From the NCBI GenBank assembly GCA_032718475.1, contig JAUCBJ010004140.1, positions 1 to 48,272 of the forward strand: a DNA stretch of 48,272 nucleotides, in the 5' to 3' direction. How positions within the stretch are numbered: position 1 is the first letter of the stretch; every line of letters starts with the position of its first letter. Source of the DNA: Nemertoderma westbladi (lineage: Eukaryota; Animalia; Xenacoelomorpha). Both the position numbers and the translations under genes were made by a program. The notes under the pieces were generated by a model that was not told the DNA's origin, ran no database searches, and saw nothing but the letters and a program-made list of their open reading frames with translations. This document shows, piece after piece, positions 11,620 through 21,722 of this stretch.

Positions 11620-13186
11620 ATCTGTTATATGAGTTTATTAATATTATAATGAGTTTATCTTTAGGCGAGCAGGCGTCGCTGCCTACCCCTCTCTGCCCCC
11701 GGACAGTGGGATTCTCAGCGCCGATGTACCGTGCCAACGATAACCGGCACAAGTCACTCCACTGTCCGTCCCAAAGTCTTGAATTCACTTCAGGTTTTAC
11801 TGCAGAGTTAGGGTTACTTTCACAATTGCGACTCGCTACTGTAAACACACTTTAGTAGTGATATTCACCTAAAAACGCACAAATTCCAAAAACACAACTG
11901 TCATAAATAGCACACACTCGGGCCATTTGTCCGTTAGTCAGTGCCTTCCAGAATGCCACGTTATTATTATGTATCCTTAGATACTAGCAGTGTGCTATTT
12001 ATTCCTTATGCTATGCAATGGGGCAAGCTTTCTATTGCTCTTTTTAACTTACTTCTAATTCTAGCGTGGGTGTTGCTATGGTGACATTATGGAAAGCTAG
12101 CGGTAGAATTAGGGTAATTCTCATGCATACAGATCTGGGGTGCTATTTAATAGTAATTCTTTGATTGTCAATATCCTCTTTATGCATGATTTCATGAACT
12201 CCAACGGCCACTGACCACACACCGGAGACTCTCGCACTCTAATACACTCAATAGGGTGAATCTCCGCTCCCGCGATCCACTAATTAATGGAATTTTGGGA
12301 ATGTTATAAATTGCACAAAATGACAATTTATTAAATTCACTTAAAGACACGAATTTAAACTCATTCCCGTGAATTCCACTATTTGATGGTAAAATTGACA
12401 CAATTTTATTCCAGAGCATATCTGGGGACCTAGGATCCTTAATTCTATAAAAATTGTCTTTTAAGAGTACCGGTAAGTGCTGCGATATCTTAATTGACTA
12501 GAAATTTTAAAGGATCTGAATTTTACAGATTTTAATAAATATTAAATTAATATTTAAGATGGGCACCGATTTATTCCAGAACTTGTCTGGGGACATTAAC
12601 CACTGATTCTAGAATTTGTCTTTCAAGTATATCGGTGGGTGCCGCGATATCTTAATCGACTAGAATTACAGATGGTCAAAAGGTTTAACAGATTTATTTG
12701 CGTTTTACGCTACTGTTAAAGGGACATCACGCTACTATATGTATTATTTAATATAAGGTAGAAGAGCAATATCGCACGAAGCAATGTCAGTGTGAAGAGG
12801 CAAGTCGTTTCCAAGGTCTACCCAGAGCTTGGTTTAGCCGAGACACGAGGATCTGAACTTTGCATTCCTAATACTCTGCCTACCAATAATACTTAAATAT
12901 AGTAGGAGCTTTATTGTACTTTAATAAGTACTGACATGTCATCTTACTATAGTCTCGCATTTATAATATAATACGGACAGTAAGGAAAGAGAAAATAATT
13001 ATTTCTCGCTGTCACAGTAAATATATATTATATGTAATTACGTAATAAACACTAATATATTGCACTAATCTACTAAATAATCTAAAATAACATTTTACTA
13101 AATAAAATTAAATAAAACGATTATAATAAAGTACATAATAATATTCGCATATAAAATAATATAGTCATGCACCCACTCCAGACGTA

Positions 13187-14725
13187 TCACGATGGGGAGT
13201 CCCTAGATGTTTGAGGAATTAGGGAGGTGGTAGTGGGAAGAGTGTCTTGCCTTCCATAGTTTCCGGAGAGTTCTCGGTCTCTTTCCAGTAAACATAAACG
13301 ACCAACTGGGCGATTGAGCTGTTGCGTCTCAAAGATTATACCTGGTTTCTTGAAGTTACGCCGCATGACGACGAGTTCTACCGAGCGCACCAAACCATCA
13401 TCCGAGATGTGAGTCTCGATGATACGACCTGTCTGCCACCGTTTACGTGGAAGGTCTGAATCTACAATAAGCACCATGTCTCCGGCGCTGACGTTTTCCT
13501 GCTGCGCAAACCACTTAGTTCGAAGTTGTAGCGTGGGCAGATAATGTTTCTCGAAATGGTCAGCGAAACGACGGGATAGCAACTGCATAAGTTGCCAAGT
13601 TCGACGGCAGTATTCGTTTCCGTCGACGATCTCCGATCGTGGGAGCATGGCTACAGGTTTCTTCAGTAGAAAGTGCGCGGGTGTTAGCGCTTCCAGGGAA
13701 TCGGGACTCGATGAGACTGGCATAAGAGGTCTCTCGTTGAGATAGGCAGCGATTTCCTCCATTAACGTCCGCAAAAGTTCGTCGGTGAGATACGCGCGGC
13801 ACGGCACTATAAAGTGAAATGCGGTCTTGACACTTCTAATTAATCTCTCCCAACTTCCTCCCCACCAAGGGGCGTCGGCGGCGTTGAAGGTCCAGCTAGA
13901 CGCTGTTATCCTTAGCTGTTCGTCCACCTGTCTTTGGTTCCAGTCCTTTACGTAAGCCTGGATTTCGTTGTTGGCACCAATGAAGTTCGTTCCCTTATCA
14001 GATCTCATCGTGTTACTAGTTCAGAAGCGAGCGATCTGTCTGCGTAAACTTAAGACGAAGCTGTTGGTAGATAGATCGTTCACCATATCGAGATGGATAG
14101 CTCTACAAGTCATGCAGACAAAGATGACACACCATCTCTTGACTATAGTCCTAGCACGATATACTTCAATAGGGCCAAATAAATCCACACCGGTATTAGT
14201 AAAGGGTGGTTCATAGAAGCTTACTCGTTCCCTAGGTAATTCTGCCTCTCGCTGTGTTAAAGGCCTACTGAATGCTTTCCTACAGGGTATGCAGTTCCTA
14301 AGAACTTGGTTCAGAGCTCTACGGGGTTTATAAAAATAATAGCGAGTTCGAATTTCGCTAAGAACTTGTTCTCTACCAGCATGATAAAGTTTACTGTGAA
14401 CATCTACAATCATCTTGATTTGTACTTCAAGATTTCTAATGAGTATGGGGAATTTAGTGTCAAAGGATAATGGAGCATTGGTGAGTCTTCCTCCAACACG
14501 TATTAACCCATCTATCATTGTGCTAGAGAAGCGATCCCTTAAGCGCATCTGTGGATTTCTCAACAACAGGAAATACTTATTGGAATCCTCATAGCATTGC
14601 AGGAGTCTCAGTATCTGCTTATTGGTTTCTTCATGCTCCTGGTAACTGATCTTCTCCTTTAGAAACCGGTCGGATATTTTATATTTGGGGAGATCTTTAA
14701 TAACATGAACTTGCGCAGATGTCAA
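13187..14725 (-). pseudogene. BEL/Pao integrase (HHCC + DDE core + C-terminal domain), one in-frame stop at 14021-14023
   Basis: HSKLYHAG...CIPC, GVDLFGP, ARF*TSNTMRSDKGTNF, GGSWERL, LNERPL, LTPAHFL, GDMVLI, DGLVRSV; both pieces in the same frame. Confidence 0.93.
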
Positions 14726-14797
14726 TGGAGCGGTATCACTAGTGGTCTTCGTCCTGGAGTAGTGATGATGAAAACATCGCTTTAAATATGTGACGGC

Positions 14798-16492
14798 CTA
14801 ACAGAGCCGATTCCAGGAACTGTAGTGATGTATTGCTCTCTGCAGCAGGGGTGAGAGTCCTTGCGAGACGTCTGGTGTTCCAGATTTCCAATCTCTATCT
14901 CTGATTTCAACAACAGACTTATTTGTGGCGAGGGATTGTGGATCCGAAGCGTCGTTTTCGGAAGTATGTAATACAGATAGATCTATCACCGGTTTAAATA
15001 ACTTCGATTTACTCGCCCGGGTTTTAGGTTTAACTTTCTCCGCTCCCTTGGCTTGTCTATTCTCCGCCGTAGTAAGGTGAGGAGGCCATTCATCCTCTTC
15101 CTTGCTTAGGAAGTCGGGTCCACCCAACCAGTCTGGAGTATCTATCAGTTCCTGTGGAGTTGCTCCCCTGGAGGCGATGTTGGCTGGATTAATCGTACCA
15201 GGGCAATGTCTCCATTGATCTATCTTTGTGCGACTAAGAATAATGGCTACTCTGTTGGTAACAAAGACGCTGAACTGACAGACTTCATTGGTTATATACT
15301 CCAACACGAGTAAAGTGTCGGTCCAATAAACAGTTTTCTCCAGTGGATAGTCGATCTGTTCGGTTACATTCCGGCCGATGGCTGTAGCGTATAGAGCCGC
15401 TTTTAACTCCGCTCGAGGAACCTTCAACTTGTTGTTAATCAATGCCTTAGAGGTAACCAAGGCGACTTTGATTCCATCCGGAGTTTCGACTCGCAGGTAT
15501 GCTACTATACCTATTCCCATATCGCTGGCGTCTCCAAACACATGGAGTTGATAGGAATACTTAGGGAGAACATGACCAAAATATGAACGGGAAATTATAA
15601 AGCTCTCGATGGCAGGTAGAGAATCTTCCCATTTCATCCACCTCTTTAACAGTTCTCCCTTAAGTGGATCGTCCCATGAGTGGTTTTCAAGCCACATTTG
15701 TTGTACTAAACTCCGAGCAATCAATATAACTGGGCTAATAAATCCCAATGGGTCGAAATAAGTGCTCAGGATACTTAAACAAATCTGTTTGGTCCGAACT
15801 GGATTATCTCGCTGTTTTAGCTGAAAAAACAGGATATCTCTCTCCGTGTCCCACTTCAAGCCAAGCGTCTTGGTTTCTGGAAGATCGTCTTTTATTAAGT
15901 CTAGGTCTTTCGCTCCTCGGTCTTCTACTGGTATCGGTTCCAGAAACTCACGGGAGTTGCTGGTGAATTTAGTCAGTCTAAACCCACCTCTTTTCAAACA
16001 CTCTACCGTTCCTTTCGCGACATCAATGTCTTCTTCTACTGATGGAAGGGACTTTAAATTGTCGTCCATGTATATATCTCGTTTGATGTTGTCAATCACC
16101 TCTTTAGAGAAGGCGTCCCGGTTGTCATCAGCGGTGGTCCGCACCACTGAACAGGCGTTTGAAGGGCTTGATATGATCCCAAAAGCCTGGATGGTCATCC
16201 AGTACTCCACCGGTTTCTGGTTGAGATCTCCTTCAGGCCACCACAGAAATCTTAGGCTGTCTCTATCCCTATCCAGCGCCTTGACCTGTAAGAACATTCC
16301 TTCTATATCGGAGGCGAACGCGATGGAATATTGTCTTAATCTTAAAAGTATTCCCAACAAGGATTGGAGTAAGTTGGGTCCTGGTAACAACTCGGAATTG
16401 AGGGATTGGCCCATATATAGGGCGGAGCCATCAAATACGACTCGTACTTCATGGGGTTTACCGGGTTTGGGAATGTAATGATGTGTTAGGTA
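14798..16492 (-). pseudogene. BEL/Pao reverse transcriptase + RNase H
   Basis: HH..PGKP..VRVVFDGS, SLNSELLPGPNL, SDIEGMFLQV, YMDD, FDPLGF, LHVFGDAS, PRAELKAA, YWTD; in frame with the integrase across a single TAG at 14798. Confidence 0.93.
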
Positions 16493-17556
16493 GTCGCTTG
16501 CGTCCTTCTGGGCTCCTCCCCGAGGCGCACCCACGAGGCGGACGCTTTCCCACCACTCTTGGGGCCAGTCCGACTGATGTTTTTATCAGACCGGGCCGGA
16601 GGGTAGCCCGATGCTTCCCGGGTTCACTTTTCAATCCCCCGATCACACCGGCACAGCTCGTCGGTGTAGCGAGATGGTCGGCTACTGTCAACTTACTGTG
16701 GCATGACTGTACATTGAGCCAACTCAGAGAGTCAACCGGCAGGTGGACCAGTCGATAGCGATCGAGCATCAAGGTCGCCCTTGAGCCAAACCGACGGTCT
16801 TGTCCCAAGTGGGCTTGCGCTACCCACATGGAATATTGACACGTTTTCACCCGCCTCGCCGGCAGTATTGAGGGGAAGTCAGTTCCGCAAACAATACTGA
16901 CTAGCTCGAAAGCTAGGAACAAGTAACCACTTACCAGTCACTGTACACATGTACTCAACAGATGTTCACAATATCAAGTACACTACGGTAAACACAAAAT
17001 CTGACACATACTATGCACACACAGAGGACATAATCGGGAAAGACAAATCGGGGTCAAAATCGAGAGGGACAAAATTGTATCGACTAATAAAAAAGCCGAG
17101 AGTACCTTATTTTGCCGTCAGGGCAAAATAACTTTGTGTGCACAAAGTATGCTGGGGCGCAGTAAAGATATGGTCCTACTAATAACCAGCGGCGACTGAA
17201 CCAACCGGCAAGGTTTCCCATACTCACTCGCAGTGGCCATACATACACTCACGTATACCACGTACCCACAGCAACAGAAAGCTCAAGCAAACTGCCACTG
17301 ATCGTCCACATACAAATCACAGTTCACACCACATGAACCACAAATCACGCCATGCCACCACCCCTACTGTGTACAGGACTGGCAGTACGGCAACAGGCCG
17401 ACTAGGCGATACCACGGCACCATGTTGATTCATGGTTCGCAAGACACGAGGGCCTTCAGTAACTCCCTTGCACTATACCGAAGATTTAACGTGCCCCCAG
17501 ACCCTCACGAGCCCGCCGCCGCCTGTTGAACGCACCCCTATAGAGACCTCACCTCT
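16493..17556 (-). mobile_element. Unclassified 1064-bp non-coding structured insertion in BEL pol
   Basis: 7-bp direct repeat TTAGGTA at 16486-16492 and 17557-17563; removal restores ITERTYLTHHYIPKPGKP; no TIR, polyA or TG..CA; many hairpins, with GNRA/UUCG loops on the minus strand. Confidence 0.85.
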
Positions 17557-18349
17557 TTAGGTATGTTCTCTCGGTTATTGGTGTTCCTTCCGGTACTCGC
17601 TCCGCATATCCTTTTGTAATAAATTTCTTCAACTGAGTTTGGTACATTTCTTTAGCTGAAGCATTTGCCGTAAGGTGTCGATGTAATTGAGCGATTCTTT
17701 TCTCCGCCAAGGGTCGGTTGTTTATAAATCTAGGTTCTCGTTTTCGAAATGGTAGGCCGATTTCATATCTACCTTGATCTTTTAAAAAACGTGTAGTTGT
17801 CTCCTGGATTTGCTTGGCTCTTTCTTCTTCTACCGATAGGGCCTTATCGTATGAATTGGGCTCTACCACCTCTTGAGTAAAGAATCGTACGGCGAGTTCG
17901 TCCCGAGTCCTAGCGTTGTAGCGCTCTATCTCGTCATTGAGTTCGTCGTTGTAGTTAATTGGTCCCGATGGGCGAATCAGTTGACATAGGTTCACCTGGT
18001 TTTTCCACGTTTTGTTTTCTGTAAGTAGGTCGATTGTGTTCTCTTCATCGAAGAGTTGGTAGATGTCGTCATTATCTGAGGAGTATGGTGTTCCCTCAGT
18101 TGGTTCATCCACCTCACTGCTCTCCACTTCCCATTCATTTACTTGGTATACCTGTTCTTGTGGTAATCTCTCTTCGAGAGTTCTGCGGGAAGGGCCAGTA
18201 AAGTACCAACCTACTCTAGTTCTTACCGCATAGGTTTGTAGTGGCTGCGGTTGAGCAGGCTGTTTCTCCAATGTCTCGAGCGCCTCATGCGCGTTTTGGC
18301 CGATGAGTATTTGCACTCCAGGATAATCTGTATGGAATCGAGGTATCTT
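17557..18349 (-). pseudogene. BEL/Pao pol segment between protease and RT
   Basis: VQILIGQNAH, AVRTRVGW, GRYEIGLPFR, NNRPLAEKR, KGYAERV; joins in frame to 27470 (HLKIPRFHTDYPGVQILIG). Confidence 0.9.
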
Positions 18350-18866
18350 TTTTTTTTCTTTTTTTTAAACATGGTATCACGTATAATAAGGCAACTTAGC
18401 AGGGTTTAAACAAAAAATATTAAGATAATACAACCACAAACAAAAAAAACAAACAAAAGGTTATGCCCCTATATCCAGTTGCTGTGTAATCTAGAAACAA
18501 ATATAGGGCCTACAGTCAACTATAATAGTACAATACTAAAAATGCAAAAGTGACACTGGAAATTGTACAAAGAATGTTTTAGATAGTTTTAATGGTATAT
18601 AGCATATCATAAAACTGCATATGTATAAGTCAAATATAATACTCCACAACACTAATCCTCTTTGTACAAGTACAACAATTTATAATCACCAATATAAGAA
18701 TAGATAATTTGTTTACGGTTTTGAGAAAAAAATGCTTTAGAGTCTATATTTTCGCCTTACACTTCATCCTTGGACATGGTAGGGGGACCCCCTGAAAAAA
18801 ATACACAACTAGGTATTTAGAAGACACCAGATCACCATCGGCAAAAATGACAAGACGAGGCATATA

Positions 18867-19404
18867 TTAGAATGTCTTAAAACGTTTAGAGGCACGAATG
18901 AATATCCCTAGTTCAGATGCGAGGATCGATTGGAGAGAGGGAAGAACATTATGACCATGCAAAAGAGAAGACACAGCAAGAGGAATTGAATTTGAGGACA
19001 AAAATAATAATAGTTTGGAGCGAGGTAATTGATATGCTGGACAAAAGATGAGATAGTGCTCGGAATCCTCACAAGAGTGGCCACAAGCGGTGCATTCAGT
19101 TGAATCCATTAGGTATCGCTTTACCATATCAGATGCAAGAGTACTACAATTTAGGCGTAGTTGACAGAGAATTACCTCTGTAAAACGATCACCTAAGTAG
19201 TGATATTTGTTAACTTTGAGAAGAGGAAACATTTCGCGTTTGAATAACGGCAAGGATAGTTGCCTGATGCTACTAGGTAGATTATTCCAAGAATTAATAG
19301 TGTGCGGAAAAAATTATCTAGCATAGAGTTCCTTCCGTATAATGGGGATTGCGATGTCATTATTATTCCGAAGAGAGTAATGATAATTTGAAGTCTGGCC
19401 AACG
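18867..19404 (-). pseudogene. C-terminal part of LINE ORF2 with zinc knuckle (stop and frameshift near 19310)
   Basis: After removing the Transib: IPPTVGQTSNYHYSLRNN...*FF/PHTINSWNNLP...LRLNCSTL...CTACGHSCEDSEHYLIFCPAY. Confidence 0.85.
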
Positions 19405-21722
19405 CACAGTGGGCCAGGGGTGGCCAAAATACCCTAAAATGAAGTTTGTTTTAGTGGTTTGAAACATATCCTATCTTGTAGCCCATATTTCGAAACCTAA
19501 GAAAAAATATTTTTTTTTCCGAAAATATTTGCCAATATTTTTTTTTTGAGGTGAAAAATTAAAAATTTTCTATTTTTCACTCAAAATTTCAGTTTTTAGG
19601 AAAAATTTCCAAAAAAACGTATTTTTTTAAAAATTGGACTACATTGGAAATTTTTTTTTTAAAAATGTTCTCCATGGCAAGCTGATTCCAAATATGTGGT
19701 TTTTAGAGGTCCCCAGCGTTGTCTTCATGCTCCAAGTTTCATTTAAACCTTTTTTTTCCAAAAATATTTCATTTTTCGTAATTAAGGGAAGCCAGACTTT
19801 TCGAACTAATCCGACCGCACTGAAAAACATTGACATCCAAATACAACCTTCGAACATCATAAATATGAAAAAAAAAATTGCACCTACTTGCACCCCTTCG
19901 CATAAGGAGCAATTCAAAAATTCCAGTTTTGAACATTTTTCTATTATTATTGCATACATTTAGTCTTATTAACATCATAACACATCGAATTCCTATCACT
20001 ACTCTGAATACTTTATTGACCATGATCACTGATGGTTATAATGATACAAAGTAACATCAATACAATTAAGATACATCAATACATACAACAAGTACATCAA
20101 TGTACTTACTAATTACTAATTACTACTTACTAATTATATATATGTATATGTATATTACATCTTTATCGTTGAGTCGGGCATTGTCACGCTCTCGGTAAAG
20201 TTGTACATGTACAGTGTAATTACGTTTTATATTGGTTTTAAGTTAGCGTAGTGTAATATTGTATTTGTAACCAAGTAACATAAAGGACCCCCTTGGAAAT
20301 AAGCTGCAAATCCTATATGTTATGTTGGACAATACCTTTATACCGGTATATTGTTTGGTGTATTTGTTATTGTTTTTACATAATGTATAAGTAAATCTAT
20401 CTATCTATAATGGGATTCTACTTCAGCTTAGTTGTTATTTGTGATCAGTGATTGGCTGAAAATTTAATCAGCTCTCTAAACTGGAATATAAAACAAATGG
20501 GCATAGAAACCAGGTTAGTTGCCTCAATGTAAAACTCTGTTGCTTACCATGATTGGCTGATATTATCATGAAAGCAAAAACCCTTGGCCCTTAGTATACA
20601 GTAAATCAACAAACACCCTTGCAGTATGATTCATCATTCATTAGGAGCAACAATTATTCAATGTAATATGAATAAGTTATTTTATGATAAAAATCTCAAA
20701 TACATTCTGCAAAATACTGTAAGACTTATTCACTCACAAAGTTTGGTAAACAAATTGCTCATAATATTTTGTGCCATGCTAAAGACATGTGCCACATGCT
20801 AAAAGTGGTACCTATGTGCCACTAGAGAATTCTAAACCGTTTTTAATCGAATCAGCACCTTTGAAAACCTATAAATACCGAAAATGGAACATTTCTAAGA
20901 AACTTTAGAGATTTTGACATTTAGTGCCATCTAAACACATGTGCCACATGCTAAAAAGTGGCACCTAAGTGCCACTAGAGAATTCGAAACCATTTGTAAT
21001 CGAATCAGCACCTTTGAAAACCTATAAATACCGAAAATGGAACATTTCTATGAAGCTTTAGAGATTTTGATATTTTGTGCCATGCTAAACACATGTGCCA
21101 AATGCTAAAAAGTGGCACCTATGTGCCACTAGAGAATTCGAAACCGTTTGTAATCGAATCAGCACCTTTGAAAACCTATAAATACCGAAAATTAAACATT
21201 TCTATGAAGCTTTAGATATTTTAATATTTTGTGCCACGCTAAACACATGTGCCACATGCTGAAAAGTGGCACCTATGTGCCACTAGAGAATTTGAAAAAC
21301 ATTTGTAATCGAATCAGCACCTTTGGAAACCTATAAATACCGAAAATGGAACATTTCTATGAAGCTTTAGATATTTTGATATTTTGTGCCATGCTAAACA
21401 CATGTGCCATGTGCCACAAGCTAAAAAGTGGCACTTCTACGCTACTAGAAAATTTGAAACTATTTGTTAGTGCTTCAGCACCCTGTTAAACCTTGTGGAA
21501 CCGAAATCACCGCCATTCTGCCTGTGTCTATTGGGTTTGCCAAATACGCAAATTTTGGCACGTGCCAGAAATGGCACACAGCCACCCTTTGAGAATTTGA
21601 GACCCATCTCAGAAGATTCGCCACTATCGAAAACCCGTATAGGTTAAAAATAGTGCCCAAACTATGAATATTTTTCGAAATAAGGAATTTTGGCCGCAAA
21701 ACAGGGTTTCTGGCCCACTGTG
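19405..21722. mobile_element. Non-autonomous Transib/RAG-like DNA transposon
   Basis: TIR CACAGTGGGCCAG (19405-19417 / 21710-21722); 5-bp TSD CAACG (19400-19404, 21723-21727); removal restores the LINE ORF2 frame; no transposase ORF. Confidence 0.9.
20766..21470. repeat. Tandem array of an approximately 154-bp unit (about 4.5 copies) inside the Transib-like element
   Basis: gccactagagaatt recurs at 20818, 20971, 21125, 21279. Confidence 0.92.

Noticed and set aside
10254-13186. env gene
   Set aside because: No signal peptide, furin site plus fusion peptide, or transmembrane anchor evident
15846-16478. 210-aa plus-strand ORF and other antisense ORFs over pol, gag and RT
   Set aside because: Shadow ORFs of coding sequence on the opposite strand
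16458-16922. 154-aa and 91-aa ORFs within the insert
   Set aside because: GC-rich chance ORFs with no motifs, running across the insertion junction
16493-17556. Group I/II intron, hammerhead or HDV ribozyme, RNase P, 7SK or telomerase RNA as the identity of the insert
   Set aside because: GTGCG lies 21 nt inside the end and there is no domain V; no terminal G or convincing P7 pair; no complete CUGANGA/GAAA core; HDV P1/P1.1 cannot be built; no telomere template. Could not be confirmed by eye
20160-20410. Possible LINE 3' end with (ATCT)n tail inside the Transib-like element
   Set aside because: Only a short tail and weak motif; no TSD found
21475-21722. C-terminal 80 aa of the 917-aa ORF
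   Set aside because: Read-through into the Transib end; the true ORF2 continues at 19404
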